DNA of 64,000 bases from an uncultured virus (IMG/VR IMGVR_UViG_3300024298_000009) (lineage: Duplodnaviria > Heunggongvirae > Uroviricota > Caudoviricetes), in IMG/VR virus record IMGVR_UViG_3300024298_000009; one strand, written 5' to 3'. A program made the position numbers and the translations under genes. The notes beneath the pieces were generated by a model. The model was not told where the DNA came from, searched no databases, and saw only the letters and a program-made list of their open reading frames with translations. Within the stretch, counting starts at the first letter, position 1; every line of letters begins with the position of its first letter. Positions 1 to 9,369 of the stretch are shown piece after piece.

Positions 1-108
1 GTAAAATCATTTTGTCCAAAAATGATTACTTTACAAAGATATGATTTTAAAGGTCCATTTAAAACAGAAATGGAAATGAAACAGGTATTATCAAATGTCA
101 GCAAATAA
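1..108 (+). CDS. 3' end of a phage hypothetical protein (partial; ...VKSFCPKMITLQRYDFKGPFKTEMEMKQVLSNVSK*)
   Basis: Frame 1 is open from base 1 to TAA at 106-108 and overlaps the next start at 95; translated by hand. Confidence 0.75.
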   Translation, partial: VKSFCPKMITLQRYDFKGPFKTEMEMKQVLSNVSK

Positions 109-343
109 TATACCAGATAAATTACCTAGTGTTGAAAGGCTTATTCAACGATTAAATGTAGCAGAAAAAAGTCAACAGAAAGATATACGTATATCTATTC
201 AAGAAGGAAAAGAGCTAGTACAAGAACTAGCTATTATAACGACTAAATTAGGTTCTACGGTTGCCGAAATTCGCGATTTATTGAAAGAAATTAAAGAATC
301 AACCACTCAAATCGATGTAAAGTTTGACGGCGGAACGTTCTAA
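95..343 (+). CDS. hypothetical protein, predicted coiled coil
   Basis: 82-aa ORF overlapping the upstream stop, heptad-like helical pattern. Confidence 0.75.
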   Translation: MSANNIPDKLPSVERLIQRLNVAEKSQQKDIRISIQEGKELVQELAIITTKLGSTVAEIRDLLKEIKESTTQIDVKFDGGTF

Positions 344-349
344 AGGTGA

Positions 350-355
350 TAAATA
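350..355 (+). promoter_or_regulatory. T4-type late promoter core TAAATA
   Basis: gaTAAATA in the gap ahead of ORF 386; the same hexamer precedes many genes in sense orientation. Confidence 0.6.
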
Positions 356-385
356 TATACGTGGTTAATTAGGAACACGTATATA
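354..385 (+). promoter_or_regulatory. hairpin over the translation-initiation region of ORF 386
   Basis: Perfect 10-bp inverted repeat TATATACGTG (354-363) / CACGTATATA (376-385); loop contains AGGA; ends next to ATG 386. Confidence 0.65.
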
Positions 386-670
386 ATGAGTAGACCAAAA
401 CCGAAGATAATACTCGAATATGCCAATAAAGAAAACTACAAGGTTGAACAGATTCTTGAAAGTGAAGCTATATGGGCAGTATTCTACAAAGGCCAGCCTT
501 TTAATTTAAAGAGCGGAAGCCTGTTGGCTAGCTATCCTGGACCAAAATACAAAAAGGTTAGTTTTTCAAATCCAGGCCATGCACACAATCTAGCAAAAAA
601 ATTAAACAAACTTTTTAAAACAACAGATTTTGCAGTATATAAATTAACACAAGGTGAACCGATAAAATGA
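386..670 (+). CDS. basic hypothetical protein
   Basis: 94-aa ORF with AGGA Shine-Dalgarno; ATGA overlap with the next gene. Confidence 0.8.
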   Translation: MSRPKPKIILEYANKENYKVEQILESEAIWAVFYKGQPFNLKSGSLLASYPGPKYKKVSFSNPGHAHNLAKKLNKLFKTTDFAVYKLTQGEPIK

Positions 671-1059
671 CTTATACCAAGAATACCTATACTGCGGTGT
701 TCTTGAAAGCGGCAAATAAAGAAGTAGACGACCGCACATTTGATCAATTAAAAACAAGTTGGTGGTACAACTTGCGCACAAAAAACGAAGGCGGACTACG
801 CCTCACAGAAGAAGGTCTTAGATTTATTCAAGAAGAAGCAGACATAAAGACCTATAGTATAAAAATTCCCAAAGAAATTAAAATAACACCCCAAATACTA
901 GTTTGGTTAGATAACTTTATTCATGCCCCGTGGTATCTTGAAAAACATACGTTATCGGTGTTATCCGAAAAAGCAGCATTTGAACTTTATCTATTTTCCG
1001 GCGATGTTATGAAAATGGGATATTCAAAAGCTATGAGCAAACGATTAAACGCAGATTGA
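667..1059 (+). CDS. hypothetical protein
   Basis: 130-aa ORF coupled to the upstream gene by an ATGA overlap. Confidence 0.8.
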   Translation: MTYTKNTYTAVFLKAANKEVDDRTFDQLKTSWWYNLRTKNEGGLRLTEEGLRFIQEEADIKTYSIKIPKEIKITPQILVWLDNFIHAPWYLEKHTLSVLSEKAAFELYLFSGDVMKMGYSKAMSKRLNAD

Positions 1060-1084
1060 AATTTTCATTTCAATTCTGTATAAT
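1056..1084 (+). promoter_or_regulatory. sigma70-type promoter TTGAAA-N17-TATAAT
   Basis: -35 at 1056-1061, exact 17-nt spacer, perfect -10 at 1079-1084. Confidence 0.55.
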
Positions 1085-1099
1085 ATTATAAACTACTAC

Positions 1100-1107
1100 T
1101 ATAAATA
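1100..1107 (+). promoter_or_regulatory. perfect T4 late promoter TATAAATA
   Basis: Exact T4 consensus 6 nt upstream of ATG 1114. Confidence 0.65.
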
Positions 1108-1113
1108 TCACGT

Positions 1114-1383
1114 ATGAATGATCTTAATCCGTTAGACGTTTTGAACACTAGAAAACTTACTAGGATTCCGCCACATTTTTTAAAAATGAAATTAAGCGAA
1201 AGAGATGTTTATAATAACGAATTAGATGATTGGATTCGTTCTAAATTAAAAGGAAGATATTGTATTAAACAAATACCGTCTTTTGATGAGAACGGAAATC
1301 TAAAAACTTCAACGTATGTTGGATTTGAAGATGAAAAAGAAATGACATTCTTTGCATTAGCCTGTACAAAATTAAGGAGATAA
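1114..1383 (+). CDS. hypothetical protein
   Basis: 89-aa ORF directly behind two promoter motifs. Confidence 0.8.
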   Translation: MNDLNPLDVLNTRKLTRIPPHFLKMKLSERDVYNNELDDWIRSKLKGRYCIKQIPSFDENGNLKTSTYVGFEDEKEMTFFALACTKLRR

Positions 1384-1385
1384 CA

Positions 1386-1616
1386 ATGACTGAAGAAAAC
1401 AAAGATTTGCAAACTACTGCTCCAGCTGCTTCTGCTCCAGAAGCTCCGGCCGCAAACTCTGCAGATTTAAACGTTAGTGACCTTACAGCACTAAAAAGCA
1501 TTATCGACGTTGCTAGCCAACGTGGAGCATTTAAAGCAAACGAACTAGAAGCAGTTGGTAAAGTTTATAATAGACTTTCAACATTTTTAGATTCTGTTAG
1601 CAAAAAGGAACAATAA
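1386..1616 (+). CDS. hypothetical protein (Ala/Pro linker plus small helical domain)
   Basis: 76-aa ORF with a strong AAGGAG Shine-Dalgarno. Confidence 0.85.
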   Translation: MTEENKDLQTTAPAASAPEAPAANSADLNVSDLTALKSIIDVASQRGAFKANELEAVGKVYNRLSTFLDSVSKKEQ

Positions 1617-1618
1617 TC

Positions 1619-2269
1619 ATGAGACAAATCAAGCACATCGGAAGAATGAAAAATACTGGAGCGAAAGTAATCACCGTATTTAGAACAATACCGGGCGATT
1701 CAGGATCAGCTCTTGTAGTAGGAACAGCAAACTTAACTGATTCCTATCACGATGCTCTGATGGGATTGCTTGAAAGCGACCAGGGGCAAGAGGTAAATGA
1801 GTTTGGCGAAATCATGCATACTCGATTGTTTCCAGATGGTCGTCCTATGCTTCAAGCTATGCAAGCAGACGGAAGATTACAAAAAGTTGCAACTGATATG
1901 GTTATTATGACTCCAACGTCTAGCACCAATATTGTGTTGTCTGAATTAAATGTTCTTATCGCAGAACAAAAAAATTGCACCGTTGACGAATTATCAAATC
2001 TTGTTTCCGGCGCACCAGCAAGAGATCAAGATTTTAAAAAGAAACAACAAAAATCAGAAGCTGTTCCTAATGTAGATCCAGATGTTCCTGCTCCAGTAAG
2101 AGCACAAGCATCAACTACAGAAGCATTAACTGATAAAGACCTTGCTAAAAGTTATCGCAGTCAAGCAGATGCTATGTATAAAGAAGCTGCAAGACTACGT
2201 AAACAAGCAGATGAATTAGATCCACCAGTTAAAAAGACTACTAAGGCTAAAGAAGAAGCAAGTGCCTAA
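1619..2269 (+). CDS. hypothetical protein
   Basis: 216-aa ORF with AAGGA Shine-Dalgarno, 2 nt after the upstream stop. Confidence 0.85.
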   Translation: MRQIKHIGRMKNTGAKVITVFRTIPGDSGSALVVGTANLTDSYHDALMGLLESDQGQEVNEFGEIMHTRLFPDGRPMLQAMQADGRLQKVATDMVIMTPTSSTNIVLSELNVLIAEQKNCTVDELSNLVSGAPARDQDFKKKQQKSEAVPNVDPDVPAPVRAQASTTEALTDKDLAKSYRSQADAMYKEAARLRKQADELDPPVKKTTKAKEEASA

Positions 2270-2567
2270 GCGTCTCTTTAAACCACCAAAGCATCTAATC
2301 AAAGAGTGGCCGGAGGTGTTCGAGGATATGTATATGAACACCATGCCGGTCGCTTATCTTAATGCTATTAAATTAGAATTTGATAATGGCAGAGTTTGGA
2401 AAATAGAAGTTGCAGAGTTATTGTCTGTTTCTGATGCAGAAGAAGTTGCCGATAAGCTATTAGAAACAATGCAAGAATATCACGACACTATTAAAAAAAT
2501 AGATTTTGAAGTTGATGTAGAACGTCTTAAACAAGACATTTCAGACGAAACTAAGAAATTTCTTTAG
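2262..2567 (+). CDS. hypothetical protein
   Basis: 101-aa ORF with GTG start overlapping the upstream stop; converges on the minus-strand block. Confidence 0.75.
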   Translation: MPKRLFKPPKHLIKEWPEVFEDMYMNTMPVAYLNAIKLEFDNGRVWKIEVAELLSVSDAEEVADKLLETMQEYHDTIKKIDFEVDVERLKQDISDETKKFL

Positions 2568-4122
2568 TTGGAAAAATCTCTAGTAAGTGGTCAACAAATC
2601 TTTCATGCACGATTTGTTTTGGATGGCCACCAGCATGAATATCATCCTCTTGCAGTTCAACAAAATCATAAAGATTTTTATCAGTAATAAAATACTCGCT
2701 GTTTAAACATTCATCTCTAAAATTTAAAATATCTGTTTGAAAGTATTTTTCTAACACAGGATCAAAATTTTTATAATTGTCGTCGTTAATACACGGAACA
2801 ATTAACAATCTTCCTTTTAAATGGTTTGATGATAATTGTATTAGTCGTGAAAGACACAAGTAATAAAAATAATACATAAACATAGAATTATTAAAATCCG
2901 CAATTGGTCCTTGATACTTTTGAAATTGTTTTGGAAAATTTTCTCTCATATGCATCAGAACCGAAACTGGTTCTTTATGTGAAAAATATATATTTCTTTC
3001 GTATGATGTTAATCCAACAATTATTAAATCTTTTTCAGTAATATCTCCGTTGGCAAAATCTTTTTCAATTTGCCAAACTATATTTGCTAATGAATTTCCT
3101 GCTTTAGCTCTATTATCAATTAACATCGATAATCTATTTGCTAAGATTGCAGGCCAAGCCATATTTCTTTGTTTTTCATTAATGGTTGCAATTAAATTTT
3201 TATCAAAATTAACTTTAAGATCAAACCATTCTCTAATGTTTCGTTTTTTAATTTCTTCCGCATCGGCTCGATATAAAGTATCTAAAAATTCATCTCCTGC
3301 TGTATAACTACATCCATAAGCAACAATCCTTGATATTAATTTTTTATCAAATTTAAATTTAGATTGTTTACTTGCGGTATCTTTATACTTTCTCCAATTT
3401 TCAAACATAATACTCAATTGATTAATAGATTTTTTTAAATCTGTAATAACCATTGTGGGTCTTACCTTACATTGATGTATTGTCTTTAATATTTTAATTT
3501 TTATTCCACAATATTCAAAAAGTTTTTCCCAAAGTGTTTCAGCCTTGAACCAAGTTTCTGGAGGATTTGTTGTAAAAAATGTAGATAAAAACTCACTGCT
3601 TTTATTAAGAATTATTTCTCTTGCCTTATTGTTTAAAATAATAACATGCGGAATTAATAAATTTTTATAATGACAATAAACCTGAGGAGTTTCTAAATCT
3701 ACTCCAATAAGAAAAGAATTTAAATCTCCTTCTAATATTAAATCTGTTGTTATTGAAACAACAACATCATTTTTAGTTTGTTTTAATCCTTCGATGAATG
3801 TATATAAGTGTTGAATATAATAGACTTTATAGGTATCTATTTCCCCATATGCATTTTGAAACCATTCAGAAATTTGATATTTTGAATATACAGCAGTGAC
3901 CTCTGGATTCAATTGTTCTGTAATATAATTTAAAGCATATCGAAAATCTTTGTCAGCATCAAACATGTAGGAAGATCGTAATGCCATTTTTGCATGAGAA
4001 TCTTGTACGATGTCTAATAAACTAAAAACATTTCGACACTCAGTATTTTTAAAAAATTCTTTTTGTCGAGAACATGCCTCAGCATATCTTAATTGTCCGG
4101 AGTATAATACATCAACTTTCAT
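2551..4122 (-). CDS. two-domain protein with a C-terminal SGNH/GDSL hydrolase-like domain
   Basis: IVAYGCSYTAG (block I-like Ser), NRAKAGNS (block II-like), terminal GGHP (block V-like His); N-terminal domain (SGQLR...) unassigned. Confidence 0.6.
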   Translation of the reverse strand: MKVDVLYSGQLRYAEACSRQKEFFKNTECRNVFSLLDIVQDSHAKMALRSSYMFDADKDFRYALNYITEQLNPEVTAVYSKYQISEWFQNAYGEIDTYKVYYIQHLYTFIEGLKQTKNDVVVSITTDLILEGDLNSFLIGVDLETPQVYCHYKNLLIPHVIILNNKAREIILNKSSEFLSTFFTTNPPETWFKAETLWEKLFEYCGIKIKILKTIHQCKVRPTMVITDLKKSINQLSIMFENWRKYKDTASKQSKFKFDKKLISRIVAYGCSYTAGDEFLDTLYRADAEEIKKRNIREWFDLKVNFDKNLIATINEKQRNMAWPAILANRLSMLIDNRAKAGNSLANIVWQIEKDFANGDITEKDLIIVGLTSYERNIYFSHKEPVSVLMHMRENFPKQFQKYQGPIADFNNSMFMYYFYYLCLSRLIQLSSNHLKGRLLIVPCINDDNYKNFDPVLEKYFQTDILNFRDECLNSEYFITDKNLYDFVELQEDDIHAGGHPKQIVHERFVDHLLEIFPTKEIS

Positions 4123-5377
4123 TTGGTTTTTGTGATTCTAAATATCTTTTTTTTCTATTTTTTAAAACAATTTCATGTGTAAAAATTTTATCTATAGATG
4201 AAAATGTTCCGCAGGTTTTAGAACAATAAACAAGTTTTCCTTCTTTTGTTGTTTTATCCCATGTGTCTGCATATAATCTATCTAAATGCTCCGCTGATAA
4301 AATTTCTTCTAAAGAATGGTTATTTAAATTAAGTTTTTCTGGTCCATAATTATTTAAATTACGAACAAGTTGCATACTTGGAGGATCAGAATAAATTCCA
4401 TTTAAATGTGTTCCAATATAACAACAAGGCATAACGTTACCAGCACTATCGACAAAAATTTCTTTTCCACGTTTATACCCATCATCAATATGCGATTTAC
4501 ACTTAATATTACACGAGTCGTGTTCGTCATATTTAGAACTTGCTATTATATCAACAATTTCTTCTGTTCTTTTATAATAAGAATTTTTAAATTCTGAATT
4601 TTCTTTCATCTTATTATAATCATCTTTTGAAAAAGGATAAAATTTTAAAGGTTGGATTCCTGTTGGATTTTCTAAATTTCTATTTTTGGGATTTGTAGGA
4701 GCTTCAATATAGTAATCTAATTGTCCTTCTTTATTAAGAGCTACCATATATATTAATTCTGTTCCATTATCAACGCCTAATGCTTTTTTAGGAACAAATT
4801 CAGTAAATCCCATATCCTCAGATAATTTTTTTGCAGTATCTAGTTGATGCTCGTTGTGTTTAAAAATTAAAAAGTCCCAAAGAGCTCTCCCACCCGCATC
4901 AATAAATGCTTGTGCATTTGCTATAAGTTTATCCCATTTAACGTTTCTTCGATAAATGTGATTTGTATCTTCTAACCCGTCAATGGAAAAAGTAAGCCTA
5001 TATTGATTTGATGCTTTTCCTTTTGCAAAAAGATTACCTAATTTTGCCCACCATTCAGGATTTCTCATGCCGCCATTTGTATGCACAGCTATGACCCCAG
5101 GACTATTATTAATGATGTACTCGCATATTTCATAAAAATCTTTAGCCATACACGGATCTCCATGAACGCCACAGAATAACCAAAGTTTAACTCTATCTAA
5201 TACTTCTTGAGGGAACCATTTTTTAAAATCTTCTAAAGAAATTTGACTTAAATTTAAATCTGGTCTAATTAACTCTGAAGAATTATAAAATCTTACGCAC
5301 ATAGGACAAGCAGCATTACAATGATTTGTAAGTTCAATATGTACTTGTATTAATTCATTAAAATTCCAAAAACTCAT
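4112..5377 (-). CDS. radical SAM protein with C-terminal SPASM/twitch-like Cys cluster
   Basis: CNAACPMC (CxxxCxxC), GDP, HTNG, FSIDG; C-terminal GNVMPCCY and CSKTC. Confidence 0.9.
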   Translation of the reverse strand: MSFWNFNELIQVHIELTNHCNAACPMCVRFYNSSELIRPDLNLSQISLEDFKKWFPQEVLDRVKLWLFCGVHGDPCMAKDFYEICEYIINNSPGVIAVHTNGGMRNPEWWAKLGNLFAKGKASNQYRLTFSIDGLEDTNHIYRRNVKWDKLIANAQAFIDAGGRALWDFLIFKHNEHQLDTAKKLSEDMGFTEFVPKKALGVDNGTELIYMVALNKEGQLDYYIEAPTNPKNRNLENPTGIQPLKFYPFSKDDYNKMKENSEFKNSYYKRTEEIVDIIASSKYDEHDSCNIKCKSHIDDGYKRGKEIFVDSAGNVMPCCYIGTHLNGIYSDPPSMQLVRNLNNYGPEKLNLNNHSLEEILSAEHLDRLYADTWDKTTKEGKLVYCSKTCGTFSSIDKIFTHEIVLKNRKKRYLESQKPNES

Positions 5378-5379
5378 TT

Positions 5380-6603
5380 TTACATACCTATAATTTTTGA
5401 ATAGTCAGGAAAAACTTTATTAAATTCTTGTCCTCGATATTGATCGTGTTTTTTTGTTACTTCCTTTAGAGAAGTAAAACTTGAAGGCTCGTAGTGTCCG
5501 TTTTTTATAAAATTTAAAATGCCATCTAGATACATCCATGCTTGATTCTGCGTCTTAGGCACAACATCATTAATATGTTGAATAATTTTTTCTTTAATAT
5601 CTGTTGGGAGAGTTGAAATATTATAATGTCGGGGTCCGTGAACTAAATTTAGATAAAAACCAAAACTAGAAAAATGATCGTAATAAAAATTTATTGTTTT
5701 AGGTAAGTCATATATGTTCAGTGTACTTAAAGTAATGCACCAACTAATTTTAAGAGTTTTTAAACTATTAGCAAGCTCTTTTGCCTTATTCATATTTTCT
5801 AATACTTCATTCCATTTTGCTGGAAATCTCATATATTCAAATTGTTCTTCTATACCGTCAATACTAAAAGATAAATTAACACCTTTAAAATGTTTAAACA
5901 TAGAAATTTTATCTTCTGGCCAAGTTGTACCGTTAGTATTATAATGCAATTCAATATCTTTAGCATATCCTTTGTCAACACATATACTTAGAATTTCCCA
6001 CATCTTTTTACTTAAAAACGGTTCGCCGCCATAAAAATCAAATTGTCTAATATTGACTAAATTATTTTTTAAATCTTCCCAGAAAACACTTTCGTCGTCG
6101 TAGCTCTGATGAAACACTCTCATCATTTCTGCATATTCTTTATAAGAAATTTTTGAATGATGCAGATCGTAATCTTCTTTCATCCATGTTGAACTAATCT
6201 GAGGAGCACAGGTTCTACACTTTATGTTACAATTATTTCCTAGATTTAATTCAAACTTAGCAAGACCGGTAAATGGTTTTTCTCCCCTTTCTATCGATCT
6301 AAAATATATTTCATTATCTCGAAGACGCTTACTTTTACGTCCAGCATTTTCTTCTTCCCAACAATTTTTGCAGGCATAATTTCTTATTCCGTTTTCTAAA
6401 TCTTTTCGAATTTGTATTGCTACAGGATTATTAAAATTTTGTTCGATAGACATTTTGTCTACAAAATAAATTGGTTGTAATTCTTTCATTCTGTTGTATT
6501 CTTCAATAATCATACAACACATTTTAGAACTTCCGTTGTTATTTGCGCTCATTCCATGGAACGCATTAACACACCAAGAATTTTTATTTGTTTCTGTTAT
6601 CAT
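5380..6603 (-). CDS. radical SAM protein with N-terminal twitch-like domain
   Basis: CNIKCRTC, GGEPF, YNTNGT, FSIDG; N-terminal C...CC...CKNC. Confidence 0.9.
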   Translation of the reverse strand: MITETNKNSWCVNAFHGMSANNNGSSKMCCMIIEEYNRMKELQPIYFVDKMSIEQNFNNPVAIQIRKDLENGIRNYACKNCWEEENAGRKSKRLRDNEIYFRSIERGEKPFTGLAKFELNLGNNCNIKCRTCAPQISSTWMKEDYDLHHSKISYKEYAEMMRVFHQSYDDESVFWEDLKNNLVNIRQFDFYGGEPFLSKKMWEILSICVDKGYAKDIELHYNTNGTTWPEDKISMFKHFKGVNLSFSIDGIEEQFEYMRFPAKWNEVLENMNKAKELANSLKTLKISWCITLSTLNIYDLPKTINFYYDHFSSFGFYLNLVHGPRHYNISTLPTDIKEKIIQHINDVVPKTQNQAWMYLDGILNFIKNGHYEPSSFTSLKEVTKKHDQYRGQEFNKVFPDYSKIIGM

Positions 6604-7951
6604 AATTTTCGTAAATGTTTTTACATAAGTTATAAAAGTTACTATACTCTGGAAAAACCTCTAATAAATTAGTTCCTAATCTTCTATCATTTTCAGAAAA
6701 GAAACTATAAAAATCTCTTCTTCCTTGAAGAATTTTTAAATCGCTAACTGGATTTTCTTTCATGTAATCTGTTACACGTTTAAACTTTTCGTATTCGACG
6801 CCTGTAAACCAATCCATATTATCTTCAATAAATTTTAAAGTGTCTTCTTGATGTTTAATAAATTCTTCAGGCAAAATATTAATCATCCAGTGTGGCGGTT
6901 CTTTTAAATATGGTGTATCAAAAGATACAGCTTCCTTGCCGTATTCTTTTCTCCATTCGATAACTTTGTGTAATAACTTTTGAAAATTAGTTACACATAA
7001 TACGTTATAAGTACACATTAGATTTACCGTTGCACCGGCTTTAATTACTTCTTTCATATTGCGTTCCCAGTGATCACATTTTAATCCTGTACGCATATAT
7101 TCTGCTTGTTCTCCCCAGCTATCAATGCTAGTAAAGAAACTAAACTTTCTAATTTTTTTCTGTTCTATTAAACTTTTTACTCGAGCTATTAATCGATCAA
7201 CTCGATCAAAAGTTACTCCAAGATTACTATTAAGTGTAATCTCTAAATGGGGAGCTGGCTCATCTTCTAGTAAATCAAAAAACTGCATAGCACCAGGATT
7301 CATTAATGGTTCACCGCCTGTAATACGTAAAGTATGTAAATCATTACGTAAACTTGGCCACCACTTCCAGAATGCTTCGATGTAAGGGTTTTCATCTTTA
7401 GGCCCATAATATGTTCCATTTTTTAAAAACTCAATACCATATTGATTATAAGTTAAATCATAATTACCGTGTTTCTTGATCTCTTCCATCCACATAGTAC
7501 TAGCCTGTGGGCAACAATAACCACAGCGATAGTTGCATCCGTTACCAAAACTTACTTCTAGATAGCGTGGGTTTACCGGAGCGTCCCATGGTAATTCTGC
7601 TAATTTTTCTATGTAAGGTTCTGAAAAATCGCTAGAACTATGAATCATTCGATCACTTATATGCTCTCCCGGCAAGTCTTCAATATTCCAACAATAATAA
7701 CATTCTTCTGGTCTTTCACCTTCTAACATTTTTTTACGTTGTTGTTTTTTCCATTTAGTATTGTGTAAAGCACTTGCATCTATTTTAATTTCATCTAATG
7801 GAATGTGATGAGGACGAGGATGGTAACAACTATGGTTATCACCGGTGTGAAGATACAAAGTTTGATGCAACCATTTCATTGCACAAAAACCTGGACCTAT
7901 TTTGTTTAAACGATCTCTAACACCTTTAATATAATTTACTCTATCATCCAT
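6584..7951 (-). CDS. radical SAM protein with N-terminal Cys/His auxiliary domain
   Basis: CNYRCGYC, TGGEPL, TSIDSWG; N-terminal C..KW, HSCYHP, ECYYCW. Confidence 0.9.
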   Translation of the reverse strand: MDDRVNYIKGVRDRLNKIGPGFCAMKWLHQTLYLHTGDNHSCYHPRPHHIPLDEIKIDASALHNTKWKKQQRKKMLEGERPEECYYCWNIEDLPGEHISDRMIHSSSDFSEPYIEKLAELPWDAPVNPRYLEVSFGNGCNYRCGYCCPQASTMWMEEIKKHGNYDLTYNQYGIEFLKNGTYYGPKDENPYIEAFWKWWPSLRNDLHTLRITGGEPLMNPGAMQFFDLLEDEPAPHLEITLNSNLGVTFDRVDRLIARVKSLIEQKKIRKFSFFTSIDSWGEQAEYMRTGLKCDHWERNMKEVIKAGATVNLMCTYNVLCVTNFQKLLHKVIEWRKEYGKEAVSFDTPYLKEPPHWMINILPEEFIKHQEDTLKFIEDNMDWFTGVEYEKFKRVTDYMKENPVSDLKILQGRRDFYSFFSENDRRLGTNLLEVFPEYSNFYNLCKNIYENYDNRNK

Positions 7952-9369
7952 TATTCTTTACACCTATTCCAAAAATCTGTTAGTTCAGGAAATGTATTTA
8001 AAAAATTTGTATTTCGTCTTCTATCGTGTTCTGAGAAAAATTCATAAAAATTTTTCATAGCTTTATCTTTGTCAAATCCTGTATCTGATTCAATCCAATC
8101 AATTAATCTTCGAACTTTACTCACTTCAAAGTCGCTAAATCCCATAAACTGATTACCACGACCTTCTTTATTTTCTAACATATATTTTAATGCCAATTTA
8201 AGTTCTGTTACCATTTCTGGCATTACTTTGGGATTTAAAAAATCTGGATCATGGAGCGGAGGGATATCAAACCAAATTAGTTGTCTACGTTTACTAAATT
8301 TTCTTCTCAATTTAATAATGTTCTGCAAATATTCAACAATACGAGTATAACTCAAAGCATTAAATGTTATGATAAAAGTAAGTGAATGTTTCTGACTATT
8401 TGCAAGATAGTCAGTGACGTTTGCCTTTAACATTTCAAAATCCATTCCATTACGTATATATTCTGCTTGCTTACCCCAACTATCTAAACTACAAAATAAC
8501 ATAAAATGATCAACAGCCTCTGCATCTGTAATTTCTTTTAAACTAGACATAAATTTTGACCATTGGTCTTTTGGAGGACAGCAATTACTTGTAATACTTA
8601 AATGAAGATCACTTTTAGGATTATTTTTTACATATTCAAACATCCTAAAGGTATTTTTATCCATAAGCGGTTCTCCGCCAGTCATGCGGAATGTTTGTAA
8701 GGTTGGATAAATTTCTGGAAGCCATTCCCAGAATGCTTTTACATAAGGATTTTCAGGACTATTGTCGATTGGTGATTCGTTTTGAATCCATAGAATATCA
8801 TTATGCACACGGTCAGTTAAAAGGTACGGGCCTTCTTTTTTAATTTCATCATACCATGCTGTGCTAAGATGAGGGCTACAATAACTACATTTAAAATTAC
8901 ATGCTTGATTAAAATTTACTTCAACATATCTTGGTTTAGCATTTCCCTCGTAACCAAGCTCTAATGCTTCATCAATTAACCCTGGTTCCCATACATCTTT
9001 GCTTCGATATGCTCGATCGCTTAGTTGGTTTCCGCTATCTTCAATTTGCCAACAAAATTCGCATTCTTTAGGTCGTATACCCTGTAACATCAATGCACGT
9101 TGAGATTTTTTATATTTTGTATTATGCAATGCACTAACATCGATCTTTACTTCATCTAATGGAATTGCATGACTTCTAGGATGATAACAACTATGTGTTC
9201 TTCCAGACGGAATGTGTATACTAACATTAAACCATTTGGCCAAACAAAAACTTGGACTTACTTCGTTTAATTCCTTATGAACAAATTCTGCATCTAATAG
9301 ATATCGAGACTGATATTTTCCATCAATCTTTCTAAGTTCATTACCTTTTATATTTCTATTAAATTCCAT
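7951..9369 (-). CDS. radical SAM protein, tandem paralog of 6584-7951
   Basis: CNFKCSYC, TGGEPL, SLDSWG; shares HSCYHP..H.IPLDE.KID.SALHNTK with its neighbour. Confidence 0.9.
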   Translation of the reverse strand: MEFNRNIKGNELRKIDGKYQSRYLLDAEFVHKELNEVSPSFCLAKWFNVSIHIPSGRTHSCYHPRSHAIPLDEVKIDVSALHNTKYKKSQRALMLQGIRPKECEFCWQIEDSGNQLSDRAYRSKDVWEPGLIDEALELGYEGNAKPRYVEVNFNQACNFKCSYCSPHLSTAWYDEIKKEGPYLLTDRVHNDILWIQNESPIDNSPENPYVKAFWEWLPEIYPTLQTFRMTGGEPLMDKNTFRMFEYVKNNPKSDLHLSITSNCCPPKDQWSKFMSSLKEITDAEAVDHFMLFCSLDSWGKQAEYIRNGMDFEMLKANVTDYLANSQKHSLTFIITFNALSYTRIVEYLQNIIKLRRKFSKRRQLIWFDIPPLHDPDFLNPKVMPEMVTELKLALKYMLENKEGRGNQFMGFSDFEVSKVRRLIDWIESDTGFDKDKAMKNFYEFFSEHDRRRNTNFLNTFPELTDFWNRCKE

